DNA of 64,000 nt from an uncultured Desulfurococcales archaeon (GCA_964611985.1 CAZTBM010000007.1:6024-70023), one strand, 5' to 3'; shown: positions 29,574-38,961, counted from the stretch's first letter. Program-made: numbers and translations. Notes: a model not told the origin generated them from the sequence alone.

Positions 29574-31988
29574 CTATTTTTCCTCACTGCCGATGAAGTC
29601 TATTAGAGTTCTAGGCTTTTTAGGTTTAGTTGGGGGTTTCTCTTTCTTTACAACAGGCTTTACTATAGGTTTGAAAGTCACTTTCTCAGTTTCTAGCTTT
29701 ATAGGCTTAGTTGAATATTCATAGACAAGCTTTTTAGCAAATTCCATAACACTTTTTACTTTATCAACATAGTCTTTATCTATACCCTCATAGTAGACCT
29801 TTGTTGTTGTAGTTTCTGGATTAAGCTCTAACCTTATAGTCTTAACTTTGCCTCCAAGAGTATCTTCATAAAATGTTCTATCGTGAGTAACTATTATCAC
29901 CTGTTTAGGTCCGCCAGGGCTGAAAAGTATTTTCCTTAATAGTTCGACTCTTTCAGGTGAAAAGCCATAAGTTGGTTCATCAAGTATGAGTAAGCCCTCT
30001 CTCAATTGTGGTATCATGCTACGTGCTACACGATTAAGTGCCAAACGATATGCAAGCGCTATACTTGTTAACTGTCCACCGCTGGGACTCTCAACAGTGG
30101 TATAGACTCCATCAATTCTAACCTTAAATACAGGTGTGAAGTCACTTTTGATTTCAACTTCAATGTTTTCATAGCCTGTCATTAGGGCTTTAAAAATTCT
30201 TGTGAACTCCTCTCTAAACGCATTATAAGCACTATCCTTGACGTATCTCTCAACCTCACTTATAACGTTTAGTATGTACCTTCTAGTGAAGTCGAGCAAT
30301 AACATGTATTTTCTCTTTAACTCTCTTACTTCATTTAATTGCTTTTTCTTTTCATCAATTTGAGATAGAAACTCCTCTATTAACTTATGCTCTTTCTCTA
30401 ATTCTGCAATGCGTTGCAATAGTTTCTCATAGCCTATTCTTGTTTCATTTAGTTGTCTCTTCACCTTGAAGATGTTAGATTCTACTTCGCTAGCCTTCAT
30501 TACTATAGCTTTCCTTTCTTCAATCTCTTTTTTAAGCTTATCATATTCGTTTTGGAATTCTTCAAGTCTTTTAATGTCTTGTTCAACTTCAACTATTTTT
30601 AATAGTTTTCTATTGAGCTCACTAATTCTAGTATTGAGTTGACTTACTATTACATCCATGCTTCTAATTTTACTTTTGAAGTCCCTTTCTTGAGTCATAA
30701 TTCTATTTATTTCTTCACTGACTTCTCTTAGTTTTCTAGATAATGTATCAATAACCCCTTTAAGCCTTGAAATTTCATTATTTAATTTCTTCTTAAGCTC
30801 TTGAGCGTGAGAGCTGGTTACTGGCTGTAAACATACAGGACATAATTTCTTTCTTTCTAAACCTTCTACCTCTTTTAATCTACTAAGCTTACTACCAAGT
30901 TGACCTTTGGCCTTCTCTAACTCTCCCAGTATTTTATCTCTAAGTTTTACTTTTTCTTCTCTTTGTAATGATAGTTTATCTAGTTCTTTTGTGATATTCT
31001 CCTTCTCCTTCAGAGATTCCTCCAGTTTCCTTTTTAATTCTTCAATTTCTTTCTCTATCTCCTTCTTTCTTTCTTTAACCTTGGCCACATCGATATCTTT
31101 AAGTCTACTTCTGATTACGAGTAACTTGCTTTTTATTTCATTAGCTCTTTTAGCTTTAACGTCTAATTCGGCAATTGTCTTTTTGAGTTCATCTCTTTCC
31201 TTCATGAGTTTTTCTAATAGTTCTTCTAGACTTGCTATTTTACTCTCAAAATTCTCCTTTTCTTTGACTGCTTTCTTTAGTTCGACTTTAATGTCTTTGA
31301 TTCTTCTTTTATATTCATGTTCAATAGCTATGTCTCTTAATAATTCCTTTTCTCTTTCAGCTTTTCTATCTATTTCCTCTTTTATTCTTCTTCTCAGCTT
31401 GTCTATTCTGTTCTTTGCTAGAGAGTATTTCATTAGGTTCAGTACACGGTTTATGATTTCAGTTCTCTCTTCAGGGCTGGCGGCTATAATGCTATGGGTT
31501 GCAAACTGTGGTATGTATATGGCTGATGCAAAGACTCTACTTCTAGCTCTAGTCTTTTCTTCAGGTATTCTAAGGAGATCTAGTATGTATCCTCTCATTT
31601 CGGTTGCTGTAAGCTTCTTTATACTATATCTTTTGTTTTCATCTATAACTAGAACCCATCCACCCTTATCAGTCGCTCTATCGCCTACTGCTTGAATCTC
31701 TCTATGAATTATTATGTCCTTGCCACCGCTTCTAATCCATAACTGTATGAACCCTCTTGATGTTCCTCTACGTAAAAGGTCTCTTGCTGTTGGTGCTGCA
31801 AATCTAGCTAGGGGGTCATTTGAAGGGCCCGGTACATTACCAAATATGGCGAATCCTATTGAGCTAAGTATACTTGATTTCCCTGAACCTACATCACCGT
31901 AAATTACTGTTATACCTTCTTCAGGAAACGCTATAACATTATCTTTATAAGATCTTATATTATGAAGCCATACTCCCTTGATTATCAC
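29574..31988 (-). CDS. rad50: Rad50/SbcC-like SMC ATPase (divergent)
   Basis: NIRSY, Walker A GDVGSGKS, Q-loop YIPQ, long coiled coil with CPVC zinc hook, signature PSGGQ, Walker B/D-loop LILDEPTYGFS, H-loop VTHD. Confidence 0.88.
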   Translation of the reverse strand: MIIKGVWLHNIRSYKDNVIAFPEEGITVIYGDVGSGKSSILSSIGFAIFGNVPGPSNDPLARFAAPTARDLLRRGTSRGFIQLWIRSGGKDIIIHREIQAVGDRATDKGGWVLVIDENKRYSIKKLTATEMRGYILDLLRIPEEKTRARSRVFASAIYIPQFATHSIIAASPEERTEIINRVLNLMKYSLAKNRIDKLRRRIKEEIDRKAEREKELLRDIAIEHEYKRRIKDIKVELKKAVKEKENFESKIASLEELLEKLMKERDELKKTIAELDVKAKRANEIKSKLLVIRSRLKDIDVAKVKERKKEIEKEIEELKRKLEESLKEKENITKELDKLSLQREEKVKLRDKILGELEKAKGQLGSKLSRLKEVEGLERKKLCPVCLQPVTSSHAQELKKKLNNEISRLKGVIDTLSRKLREVSEEINRIMTQERDFKSKIRSMDVIVSQLNTRISELNRKLLKIVEVEQDIKRLEEFQNEYDKLKKEIEERKAIVMKASEVESNIFKVKRQLNETRIGYEKLLQRIAELEKEHKLIEEFLSQIDEKKKQLNEVRELKRKYMLLLDFTRRYILNVISEVERYVKDSAYNAFREEFTRIFKALMTGYENIEVEIKSDFTPVFKVRIDGVYTTVESPSGGQLTSIALAYRLALNRVARSMIPQLREGLLILDEPTYGFSPERVELLRKILFSPGGPKQVIIVTHDRTFYEDTLGGKVKTIRLELNPETTTTKVYYEGIDKDYVDKVKSVMEFAKKLVYEYSTKPIKLETEKVTFKPIVKPVVKKEKPPTKPKKPRTLIDFIGSEEK

Positions 31989-31995
31989 TTTATGA

Positions 31996-33975
31996 TCACA
32001 CCTCCTTAGCCATTTTTGCTAATTCCTCAAAACTCTTTGGCGCTACTTTCTCCTCTTTACTCTTGAATTCTACTTCAAACCATCCAGTGAAGTATACTGG
32101 TATCGGCTCTCTAACTTTTATGTCCGGTGTGTAAAGGTACCCCTCTCTATCATTTAGTATTGGTATCTCATTTGCTGGTACTCCTATAGATGAGAAGTAA
32201 TCAATATCGGTCTTATACTTTGTTCTAAGGATTATTAGTGTGTTCATATTTGCTAATAGCTGTCTTTCAATCATCGTTGCAAGCTGTGTTATAGCAATTA
32301 ACCCTATATTGAACTTTCTACCCTCTCTAGCTATTCTGGCAAAGGCATTTCTAGGGCTTTTAACTTTGTCTGGTGACAAGTATAGGGGGGCCTCTTCAGA
32401 CACTATTACTATAGTTTTTCTCCTCTTAATCTCATCTGGCGGTAGCCCTAATCTTTCTAAAAGTATTCTTCTAACAAGATTGAGTACTAATGCGTCAGCT
32501 TGATAGGATACAGATGATGAGACATCTAGTATAACGATGCTACCTTTTTCAAGGTTCTCTATTATTTCTTGGATATCGATACCATTCTCTAACTGTATAA
32601 TAGTTTCCTCGGGAGTCTCTATTCTGAACCATTTGTATTTAGATGGTTGTTGCTTTGATGTTAAAGCTTTACTTGTAACTATACTCTTCAATAGTTTCTT
32701 TAATGCCCCTTTATCCTTGAATATTCCGCTTATCTTGAATATGCTATTTGTATCATCGAGTACTGTTATTACATAAGGGCCTGATGATATCTTTCTTGCC
32801 GATAGGTTTAGTACTGAGATTATCCTGTTCCTCCATACTCTAAGTTTATTTATGTATATGCCTTGTGTAACGTACTCCTTGTAAACTCCCTTCTTTTCTT
32901 TTTCACCTACACCTTCATAGTTACATATGTTATCAACAACTACTATTAGTAATGGTAGGAGATGACCACTTATGCTGCCGTCTTTTCTTCTTTGAAATAG
33001 TTGTTTCCATTTTTCATCTAAATCACTAGCCATTACAATGTTTTCTAGCGTGTCAAGTATGATTTCAAGCCATGCAGCTTCTTCATCCTTAAGTTCAAGG
33101 GCCATAGCTATATCGTCTAAGCTTAAACTTCCTACATTGACTGGCGTGTATTTAACTATAAGGTTGCCATGTTGGAAACCTTTGCTAGTTTTAGGTGTTA
33201 GACTATAAACATGTACTTCGACACTGTTTACCTCAATAGATTTATTCTCTCTTAGAGCGTCGATTAGCTTATTTAAAAATAGATCTTGAGGGCCTTCAGA
33301 GTATTTACTATACTCCCCATGTCTATCGATTATTAGCCAGCTTATTGGTTTTTCAGCATTTAATGCCCAATTAACTATCAATCCCATAATACCTGTTGTT
33401 TTACCAGCTCCAGTCTGACCTGAGACAAGAATGTGTTTAGGTACTAATGTTTCGAGGTCAATAGTTACCTTGGCTTCTCTGAAGTATTTCTTCTCTCTAT
33501 CACTTCTTGTTGATGCTGTACCACTGCGCAGAACACCTATAGGTATAAGACGTTTATTGGTGGTTCGTGGTATACCATAACTAAACATTAACATTATTTC
33601 TTGAGATTCTGGATCACCATTTTCAAGTAGGTATGTTTGTTCATTTACTCTTGGCGGCATTGATGGTCTAGTTACACTGATTTCTCCGTTTGGCTCTTTA
33701 ATAATGATAAATAAAGGTGAGGCGATTGCTGCTCTTTCCTTAGCGGTCTCTATTATTGCACCACTAGGCTCAATTGTTTCAGGAAGTAAGCCTAGAGCTC
33801 GACTAGCGCCACTAGGTAGTTTAGTTACTATGTCGTCAACATGTAAAAGCATAAATCTGTCATTGCTGAGCTTAGCGTATAAAATGTCTCCAACATTAAC
33901 TTCTGAATGCTCATAGAGTGATATTAGAACCTTCTCCATAGAGGACTCATAAATCCTACCTATAGGCTTGCCCAT
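31996..33975 (-). CDS. herA: HerA-like helicase/translocase (divergent)
   Basis: HAS-barrel-like N-terminus, HILVSGQTGAGKT, IIDRHGEY, VSEEAP and IAREGRKF...ITQ. ATG 33975 has a GGTGA RBS. Confidence 0.85.
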   Translation of the reverse strand: MGKPIGRIYESSMEKVLISLYEHSEVNVGDILYAKLSNDRFMLLHVDDIVTKLPSGASRALGLLPETIEPSGAIIETAKERAAIASPLFIIIKEPNGEISVTRPSMPPRVNEQTYLLENGDPESQEIMLMFSYGIPRTTNKRLIPIGVLRSGTASTRSDREKKYFREAKVTIDLETLVPKHILVSGQTGAGKTTGIMGLIVNWALNAEKPISWLIIDRHGEYSKYSEGPQDLFLNKLIDALRENKSIEVNSVEVHVYSLTPKTSKGFQHGNLIVKYTPVNVGSLSLDDIAMALELKDEEAAWLEIILDTLENIVMASDLDEKWKQLFQRRKDGSISGHLLPLLIVVVDNICNYEGVGEKEKKGVYKEYVTQGIYINKLRVWRNRIISVLNLSARKISSGPYVITVLDDTNSIFKISGIFKDKGALKKLLKSIVTSKALTSKQQPSKYKWFRIETPEETIIQLENGIDIQEIIENLEKGSIVILDVSSSVSYQADALVLNLVRRILLERLGLPPDEIKRRKTIVIVSEEAPLYLSPDKVKSPRNAFARIAREGRKFNIGLIAITQLATMIERQLLANMNTLIILRTKYKTDIDYFSSIGVPANEIPILNDREGYLYTPDIKVREPIPVYFTGWFEVEFKSKEEKVAPKSFEELAKMAKEV

Positions 33976-33982
33976 TACGTTA

Positions 33983-35335
33983 TCACCCTGTATAACCATA
34001 TCTCATTCTTGAAGCACCTAGTACTGCCTGGAGTATAATCCATTTAACTGGGTCATCTATTGCATGCCTCCTAAGCACTACAGCTAGTAAGTGATTTTCG
34101 ACATCTCTTCTTACTTCACTTGTAACTCTGACACTTTCATCAAGCTCCATAAAGCCTGTTGGAGGTCTTCCACCTAGTGGGCTTTTGGCATAGAATATTT
34201 CGCTAACACCTTCATCTACACGTTTGTTAACTTCTCGTGCCATGTTCTCGTTAACTTGAATCTCATAATTTATAATAGGCTTATCCATGTACATGTCTAA
34301 TACCATGACATATGTGCCATCCATTGTTAGAGGAAATCTTGCAACCCAAACACCATGTTCTGGGAATACACATGTATTAAACTTCTTAATTATTGAGACT
34401 ATTACCTCATGGGGTATTCTAGGCCTATTTTCGAAACCTCCAACTTCAGCCATTATTAGCATTTTCCTTAAATTATTAAGCTCTTCCGTCTTAACTGTAG
34501 TGTAATACTCATAAAGTCTCTTACTAGGTTTTATGTGTTCTCTGAAAACACTCATACTTCTCGTAAGGGTTGTAAAGCTAGTTGTTTTAGCTAATCCTAC
34601 AATACCTTTAAGACAAATTTTTTTCACATGAGAAAGGTCTTCATCTAGTATTGCAGCTAGAACATCTAGTCCATCACCTTTATAGCTTATCTCATATTTC
34701 TCTCTTTTAGGTCTAAGCCATCTTACTAATGTACCATCAATTACGGCTTTACTTATTTCGTTAGCGTATTGGATAAGCCTTATACCATAGGCTATCTCTA
34801 TTAGTCCTTCAATATACTTCGTGAGCTTAATGTACAATGATGGACTCTTATATCTAACTCTTAACCCTATGTAGTCTAATGTTTGGGTAATCCTTTTTGA
34901 GGCTTCGATAGCTCCCTTATCGTCACCGAATAGTATTGACCTTTTCTCAGGAGTTCTTATTGTTACATCGAACTTGTATACTTGTCTACCTTCTTCTATT
35001 CTTCTTTTCCTACTAACCGAGAGTATTATCCTCTCAATGAAGGGGTAGCTCTTAAGCTGGGGAAGGAAAGCTATACTCTTTAATTTACCAGCTTCATCCC
35101 TGATGAGTGAACCTATTTGTATGTAGACTAAGGATGCTACGTCAAAATCCAATGGGTATATCCCTGCATCAACAAATGCCACTAATGAAGCTTTAGTATT
35201 CGTAAAGGGGTTAACTCTGTAATATCTCTTATAAGCTTCATCAATTAACTGAGTGAGGTAGTCTCTTGAAACGTCTAATACTGATTGAGCTATATTATCA
35301 AGTAGCTCATTTAATACAGAGAGAAGAGAGCTCAC
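33983..35335 (-). CDS. nurA: NurA-like nuclease (divergent, long)
   Basis: AFVDAG, IEIAY, VIDGTL, VGLAKTT and PTGFMELDESVRVT approximate the NurA motifs; located between mre11 and herA. Confidence 0.7.
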   Translation of the reverse strand: MSSLLSVLNELLDNIAQSVLDVSRDYLTQLIDEAYKRYYRVNPFTNTKASLVAFVDAGIYPLDFDVASLVYIQIGSLIRDEAGKLKSIAFLPQLKSYPFIERIILSVSRKRRIEEGRQVYKFDVTIRTPEKRSILFGDDKGAIEASKRITQTLDYIGLRVRYKSPSLYIKLTKYIEGLIEIAYGIRLIQYANEISKAVIDGTLVRWLRPKREKYEISYKGDGLDVLAAILDEDLSHVKKICLKGIVGLAKTTSFTTLTRSMSVFREHIKPSKRLYEYYTTVKTEELNNLRKMLIMAEVGGFENRPRIPHEVIVSIIKKFNTCVFPEHGVWVARFPLTMDGTYVMVLDMYMDKPIINYEIQVNENMAREVNKRVDEGVSEIFYAKSPLGGRPPTGFMELDESVRVTSEVRRDVENHLLAVVLRRHAIDDPVKWIILQAVLGASRMRYGYTG

Positions 35336-36603
35336 TTTAAGCCACCTTTAAATAGTATTTCACTTAGTATTTTCATCGCCTCTTCTACAACTTCTTCATC
35401 GAACTCGCTTTTCCTTACCTCTTCAGGATATTCTCTACCCAGAACATTAATTAGATCTAATAGTCTTCCCTCATCAACTCTTAGTCCAAGCTTTTTCACA
35501 ATATTCTTTACGGCCTCTCTTTCCAATGCTTCAATATTTGAAAGGTCAACCTTAAATCCTTCTAGTAGGCTTATTGTGTCCTCTTCTTCAATAGTGCTAT
35601 GGACTACATGTATCCATGCATTATACCTTTTAGCTAACTCACTTAAATGTCTCCTCACTCTCTCATACTGGTCAAAGTCTATTCTTCCAGTGTATACTAT
35701 GAGACATTTATATTTACCATGCATATCTTTCAGTTTAGATAGTGCATCCTTAACAGCTGTTGAAGCATTATCAATAACAAGTGTATCCACACTGAGTCCA
35801 AAGTCGTCTAGAACCGCTTTAACTCTTGGTGGATTATAGGAGAGATCAACCATAAGTATTCTTCTATCACTCTTAAATGACCTTCTAAGCTTAAATGTCT
35901 CAATAATATCATTGGCGTCCCTACCTACAGGTGCACCAGGGTAAGCTAATGTAGCTTGAAATTCGTTCTCAACGGGGACGGGAAAATGTATATGACCTAG
36001 AGCTACATATTTAAAGTTTAACAACATATTATAAGCGTCTTTTGAAAGCTTTATAGCAACATACTTTTTACTTATATCTGAAAGGCTATAGCCCTGAATA
36101 TCCAGACTTGTATGAGCGATTAGTACATTTTCCTCATTCTCCTTGAAATCTCTAAACACTACGCGACCTTTTTCAAGATAATCCAGTTCTTTACCGCCCT
36201 TAAATCCGGGAAGACCATAAAATCTTATACCATTAACTTCAACAGGTTTAAGTGTAAGGGTTAGTTCTTTTTCTTCAAAAGGTGGTATAATAACTAAACC
36301 TACTTCATTAAGTAAGGTTAATGTACCATAGCCTCTATGTGTTACGTCATGGGAGCCTGGCGTAACAATGACTTCAACACCATTACTTCTTAGCTCTTTA
36401 AGTATCCTTACGGTTTCAACAGTTAGTTCATAGCCTGGTCTAGAAGATTCAAAAAGATCACCTGCGATAACAAGCATTTTAACATTCTCGGTAAGGGCGA
36501 TTTCAGCTATTCTTTTCAAAGCGTCGACACAGATTCTCTTAAGTACACTATGTGGAAAGGCGCCAACATGAATATCAGCTGTATGAATGAATGGCAGTAC
36601 CAT
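35332..36603 (-). CDS. mre11: Mre11/SbcD-like metallophosphoesterase nuclease
   Basis: HTADIHVG, IAGDLFE, PGSHD, AHTS, YVALGHIH and YPGA motifs. Confidence 0.88.
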   Translation of the reverse strand: MVLPFIHTADIHVGAFPHSVLKRICVDALKRIAEIALTENVKMLVIAGDLFESSRPGYELTVETVRILKELRSNGVEVIVTPGSHDVTHRGYGTLTLLNEVGLVIIPPFEEKELTLTLKPVEVNGIRFYGLPGFKGGKELDYLEKGRVVFRDFKENEENVLIAHTSLDIQGYSLSDISKKYVAIKLSKDAYNMLLNFKYVALGHIHFPVPVENEFQATLAYPGAPVGRDANDIIETFKLRRSFKSDRRILMVDLSYNPPRVKAVLDDFGLSVDTLVIDNASTAVKDALSKLKDMHGKYKCLIVYTGRIDFDQYERVRRHLSELAKRYNAWIHVVHSTIEEEDTISLLEGFKVDLSNIEALEREAVKNIVKKLGLRVDEGRLLDLINVLGREYPEEVRKSEFDEEVVEEAMKILSEILFKGGLK

Positions 36604-36714
36604 ACACCTCAGTACATCCTCAACTAATCATATCTGGTATTACCCAAGATATAAAGATAACCACATAAAAACTTAACAACTCGTAACATTATCTTCTTTT
36701 ACTCTAAGATGTAA

Positions 36715-36760
36715 TCAGAGTAATATTGATATATATGTGATGATACTATATTTATTCTGA
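36715..36760. promoter_or_regulatory. Imperfect inverted repeat in the divergent mre11/vapB intergenic region, possible antitoxin operator
   Basis: TCAGAGTAA (36715-36723) versus TTATTCTGA (36752-36760), one mismatch, around an AT-rich core upstream of the AbrB-type antitoxin. Confidence 0.35.
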
Positions 36761-36794
36761 GAGATATTAATATATGTCTGACAGGTGAAGGTGA

Positions 36795-37037
36795 ATGTCA
36801 GCTATAGTTAAAGTCGGTAAAAGGTACACAATAGTTATTCCGAAGGAGATACGTGAAAGAGTGAAATTGAAAGAACATTCAAAGGTGTTAATGAGGGTAT
36901 GTAGAAATAGAATTATCATAGAAGTCTTACCTGATGACCCCTTTAAAGTTTTAGAAAGAACTATCGGAGAACCTTATAAAGAAGAAGTTGATGAAAGGAA
37001 GGCTATTGAGTGGTTGATGAGAAATGCCCGTGGCTGA
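36795..37037 (+). CDS. vapB: AbrB/MazE/SpoVT-family antitoxin
   Basis: VKVGKRYTIVIPKEIRERVKL motif; overlaps the PIN gene. Confidence 0.88.
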   Translation: MSAIVKVGKRYTIVIPKEIRERVKLKEHSKVLMRVCRNRIIIEVLPDDPFKVLERTIGEPYKEEVDERKAIEWLMRNARG

Positions 37038-37440
37038 TACAGAGCTCCTATTCACGTTTAACCCAAGGGATCCTAGGTATAAGGGTGCACTAAGAATTAT
37101 AGAGGAGTTAAGAGGAAAACTCTATGTACCTGATGTAGCTTTATTAGAGTTTGAAATAGTACTTAAGTCACGTGGAAAGAGTCAGGATGAAATAAAACAA
37201 GCCCTACTAGCTCTGAAAAGAATATTCACCAATTATGATATCAAAGAGGTTAATACGGTGAACACTATAATGCTCATTAATCACCTTGAGCTAATGACTG
37301 ATTATGGATTAAGCTATTTCGATAGTCTAATAGCATCAGCAACCTTACTTGTAGACGGTGTTATAGTATCAGATGACCCCGCTTTTGACAAGGTAGAAGG
37401 GTTAAGGAGAATACCTATATCTGCTAGGCTAGATTGTTAG
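37024..37440 (+). CDS. vapC: PIN-domain toxin VapC
   Basis: ADTELL, LLEFE, LSYFDSLIAS and IVSDDPAFD acidic motifs; 138 aa. Confidence 0.9.
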   Translation: MPVADTELLFTFNPRDPRYKGALRIIEELRGKLYVPDVALLEFEIVLKSRGKSQDEIKQALLALKRIFTNYDIKEVNTVNTIMLINHLELMTDYGLSYFDSLIASATLLVDGVIVSDDPAFDKVEGLRRIPISARLDC

Positions 37441-38874
37441 AGGACAGGATTTTAATTTCTTTAATCCTCCTCGAAGACTGAATGCTCTAAAACCTTGATT
37501 TCTAAGCTGTTTAGCTAATATGAGACTAATAACTCCTTTATCACAATAAGTTATAATCACTTTATCCTTATCCATTCTATCAAAATCTACATCATCTATA
37601 TGTAATGCCCCTGGGGGATGCCATTCTTCATATTCTTTTCTTGACCTAACATCTATTAGTATCGCTCCTTCAGGGATAAAGTCGATCTCCAGGGATTCTG
37701 TTGGCAATAGTTCTTCAAGCTTAATCTCTGAAACTCTGTATACCTTGGCGTTTTCAACAGCTTCAATGATTTCATCAAAGGGTATTTTAGTTTCTTCATT
37801 ATCAACCTCTTCAACTTCAGGCCATGTAGCCACAGCTCCACGAACTAAAGCGCAAAACTCTTTAACCTTAGAGGATAAGTCGTATAACCCTAGTTCTCTA
37901 GACTTAGCTATAATCTCCTCCTTATCAAAACCAAGCAGTGGCCTTAGGATCACGTATTTTGATGCTTTTTCTGAAACCCAGAGACTCCTAAGAGTCTGTG
38001 ATGAAACTTGTCCTAGAGATTCACCTGTAACTAATGCTTCTGCACCGAGTCTGTCAGCTAGTAATGATGCAGCACGATACATAAGCCTCTTTAGAACAAC
38101 CTGTTTAAGACTCTGTTTAACCCTCTCTAAAATGAGCCTTACGATGGGCTTAAAATCGACTATTATAACTTTAGGTTCATAGCCATAACACCAATCGTCA
38201 ACAAGTTTCTTTATAACTCTTAGAGCGTGGTAGACTTGTACCGGACCAGCTAGATCAAAGTGCACTATATCCACCTTTACTCCACGTTTCCATGTATACC
38301 ATACTGCAACTGGCGAATCGAACCCTCCAGAGACAAGAGCCAAGACGTACCCGTTGGTACCGATAGGTAAACCCATAGGTCCCTTAATGATTTCCTTGAA
38401 GAAATAGACTCTATTACCTCTAACCTCAATAAAAACTTCTACCTCAGGATTCTCTAAATCTACACCTTTGCTATAGGGTTTCAGCTTTGCACCAACAACC
38501 TTAGCTATATCCATACTTGTAAAGTCGTGTGAGCCGAACCTGTGAGGTCTAACAGCAAATGTTTTACCTTTGACAAAGTCTTTAAAGTATTCTTCAGCCT
38601 TGGCCGCTAAATCCTCTAGATCACTAAACACGTATTCCACTGCGGGTGAGACACTATGAACACCAAAAACTCTAGTTAAAATGTTTTCAGCACCTTCAGC
38701 CTCATAAATAAATATTCTGCCAGGAACAGTTCTAATCTTATAATTCGTAAAACCATGCTTCCTAAGAGCGTACTCTATATTCTTAAGTAACGTCCTCTCA
38801 AATATTGGCCTTGTCCTTTCGGACTTTAATGTTATTTCTCCAGACAATCGCACTATATGGACAGGTCTAAGCAT
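37429..38874 (-). CDS. thiI: tRNA 4-thiouridine synthase ThiI with C-terminal rhodanese domain
   Basis: SGEITLKS, THUMP domain, PP-loop SGGFDS, TGESLGQVSSQT, RPLLGFDK, EFC; then IDVRS..EY..WHPPGA...YCDKG...SLRGG. Confidence 0.93.
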   Translation of the reverse strand: MLRPVHIVRLSGEITLKSERTRPIFERTLLKNIEYALRKHGFTNYKIRTVPGRIFIYEAEGAENILTRVFGVHSVSPAVEYVFSDLEDLAAKAEEYFKDFVKGKTFAVRPHRFGSHDFTSMDIAKVVGAKLKPYSKGVDLENPEVEVFIEVRGNRVYFFKEIIKGPMGLPIGTNGYVLALVSGGFDSPVAVWYTWKRGVKVDIVHFDLAGPVQVYHALRVIKKLVDDWCYGYEPKVIIVDFKPIVRLILERVKQSLKQVVLKRLMYRAASLLADRLGAEALVTGESLGQVSSQTLRSLWVSEKASKYVILRPLLGFDKEEIIAKSRELGLYDLSSKVKEFCALVRGAVATWPEVEEVDNEETKIPFDEIIEAVENAKVYRVSEIKLEELLPTESLEIDFIPEGAILIDVRSRKEYEEWHPPGALHIDDVDFDRMDKDKVIITYCDKGVISLILAKQLRNQGFRAFSLRGGLKKLKSCPLTI

Positions 38875-38961
38875 TAGACTTCACCATCTTCCTTTATACT
38901 ACTTTAGTAGAATAATAATATAAATCGATACCCAGTATTATGTTAATAAGGGTATGAATAC

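Noticed and set aside
29273-29587. 104-aa minus-strand ORF following rad50
   Set aside because: Antisense to a clear ferredoxin gene that has its own RBS.
30907-31695. 262-aa plus-strand ORF, and the many other antisense ORFs in the track (e.g. 6836-7258, 8387-8884, 16388-16918, 37745-38182)
   Set aside because: Shadow frames opposite well-supported genes; their Ser/Phe/Leu-rich composition mirrors the sense-strand codons.
36737-36782. GTGATGA...CTGA...CTGA resembling a C/D sRNA
   Set aside because: No credible C' box, too short for two guides, the guides are nearly pure A/T, and it coincides with the vapB promoter region.
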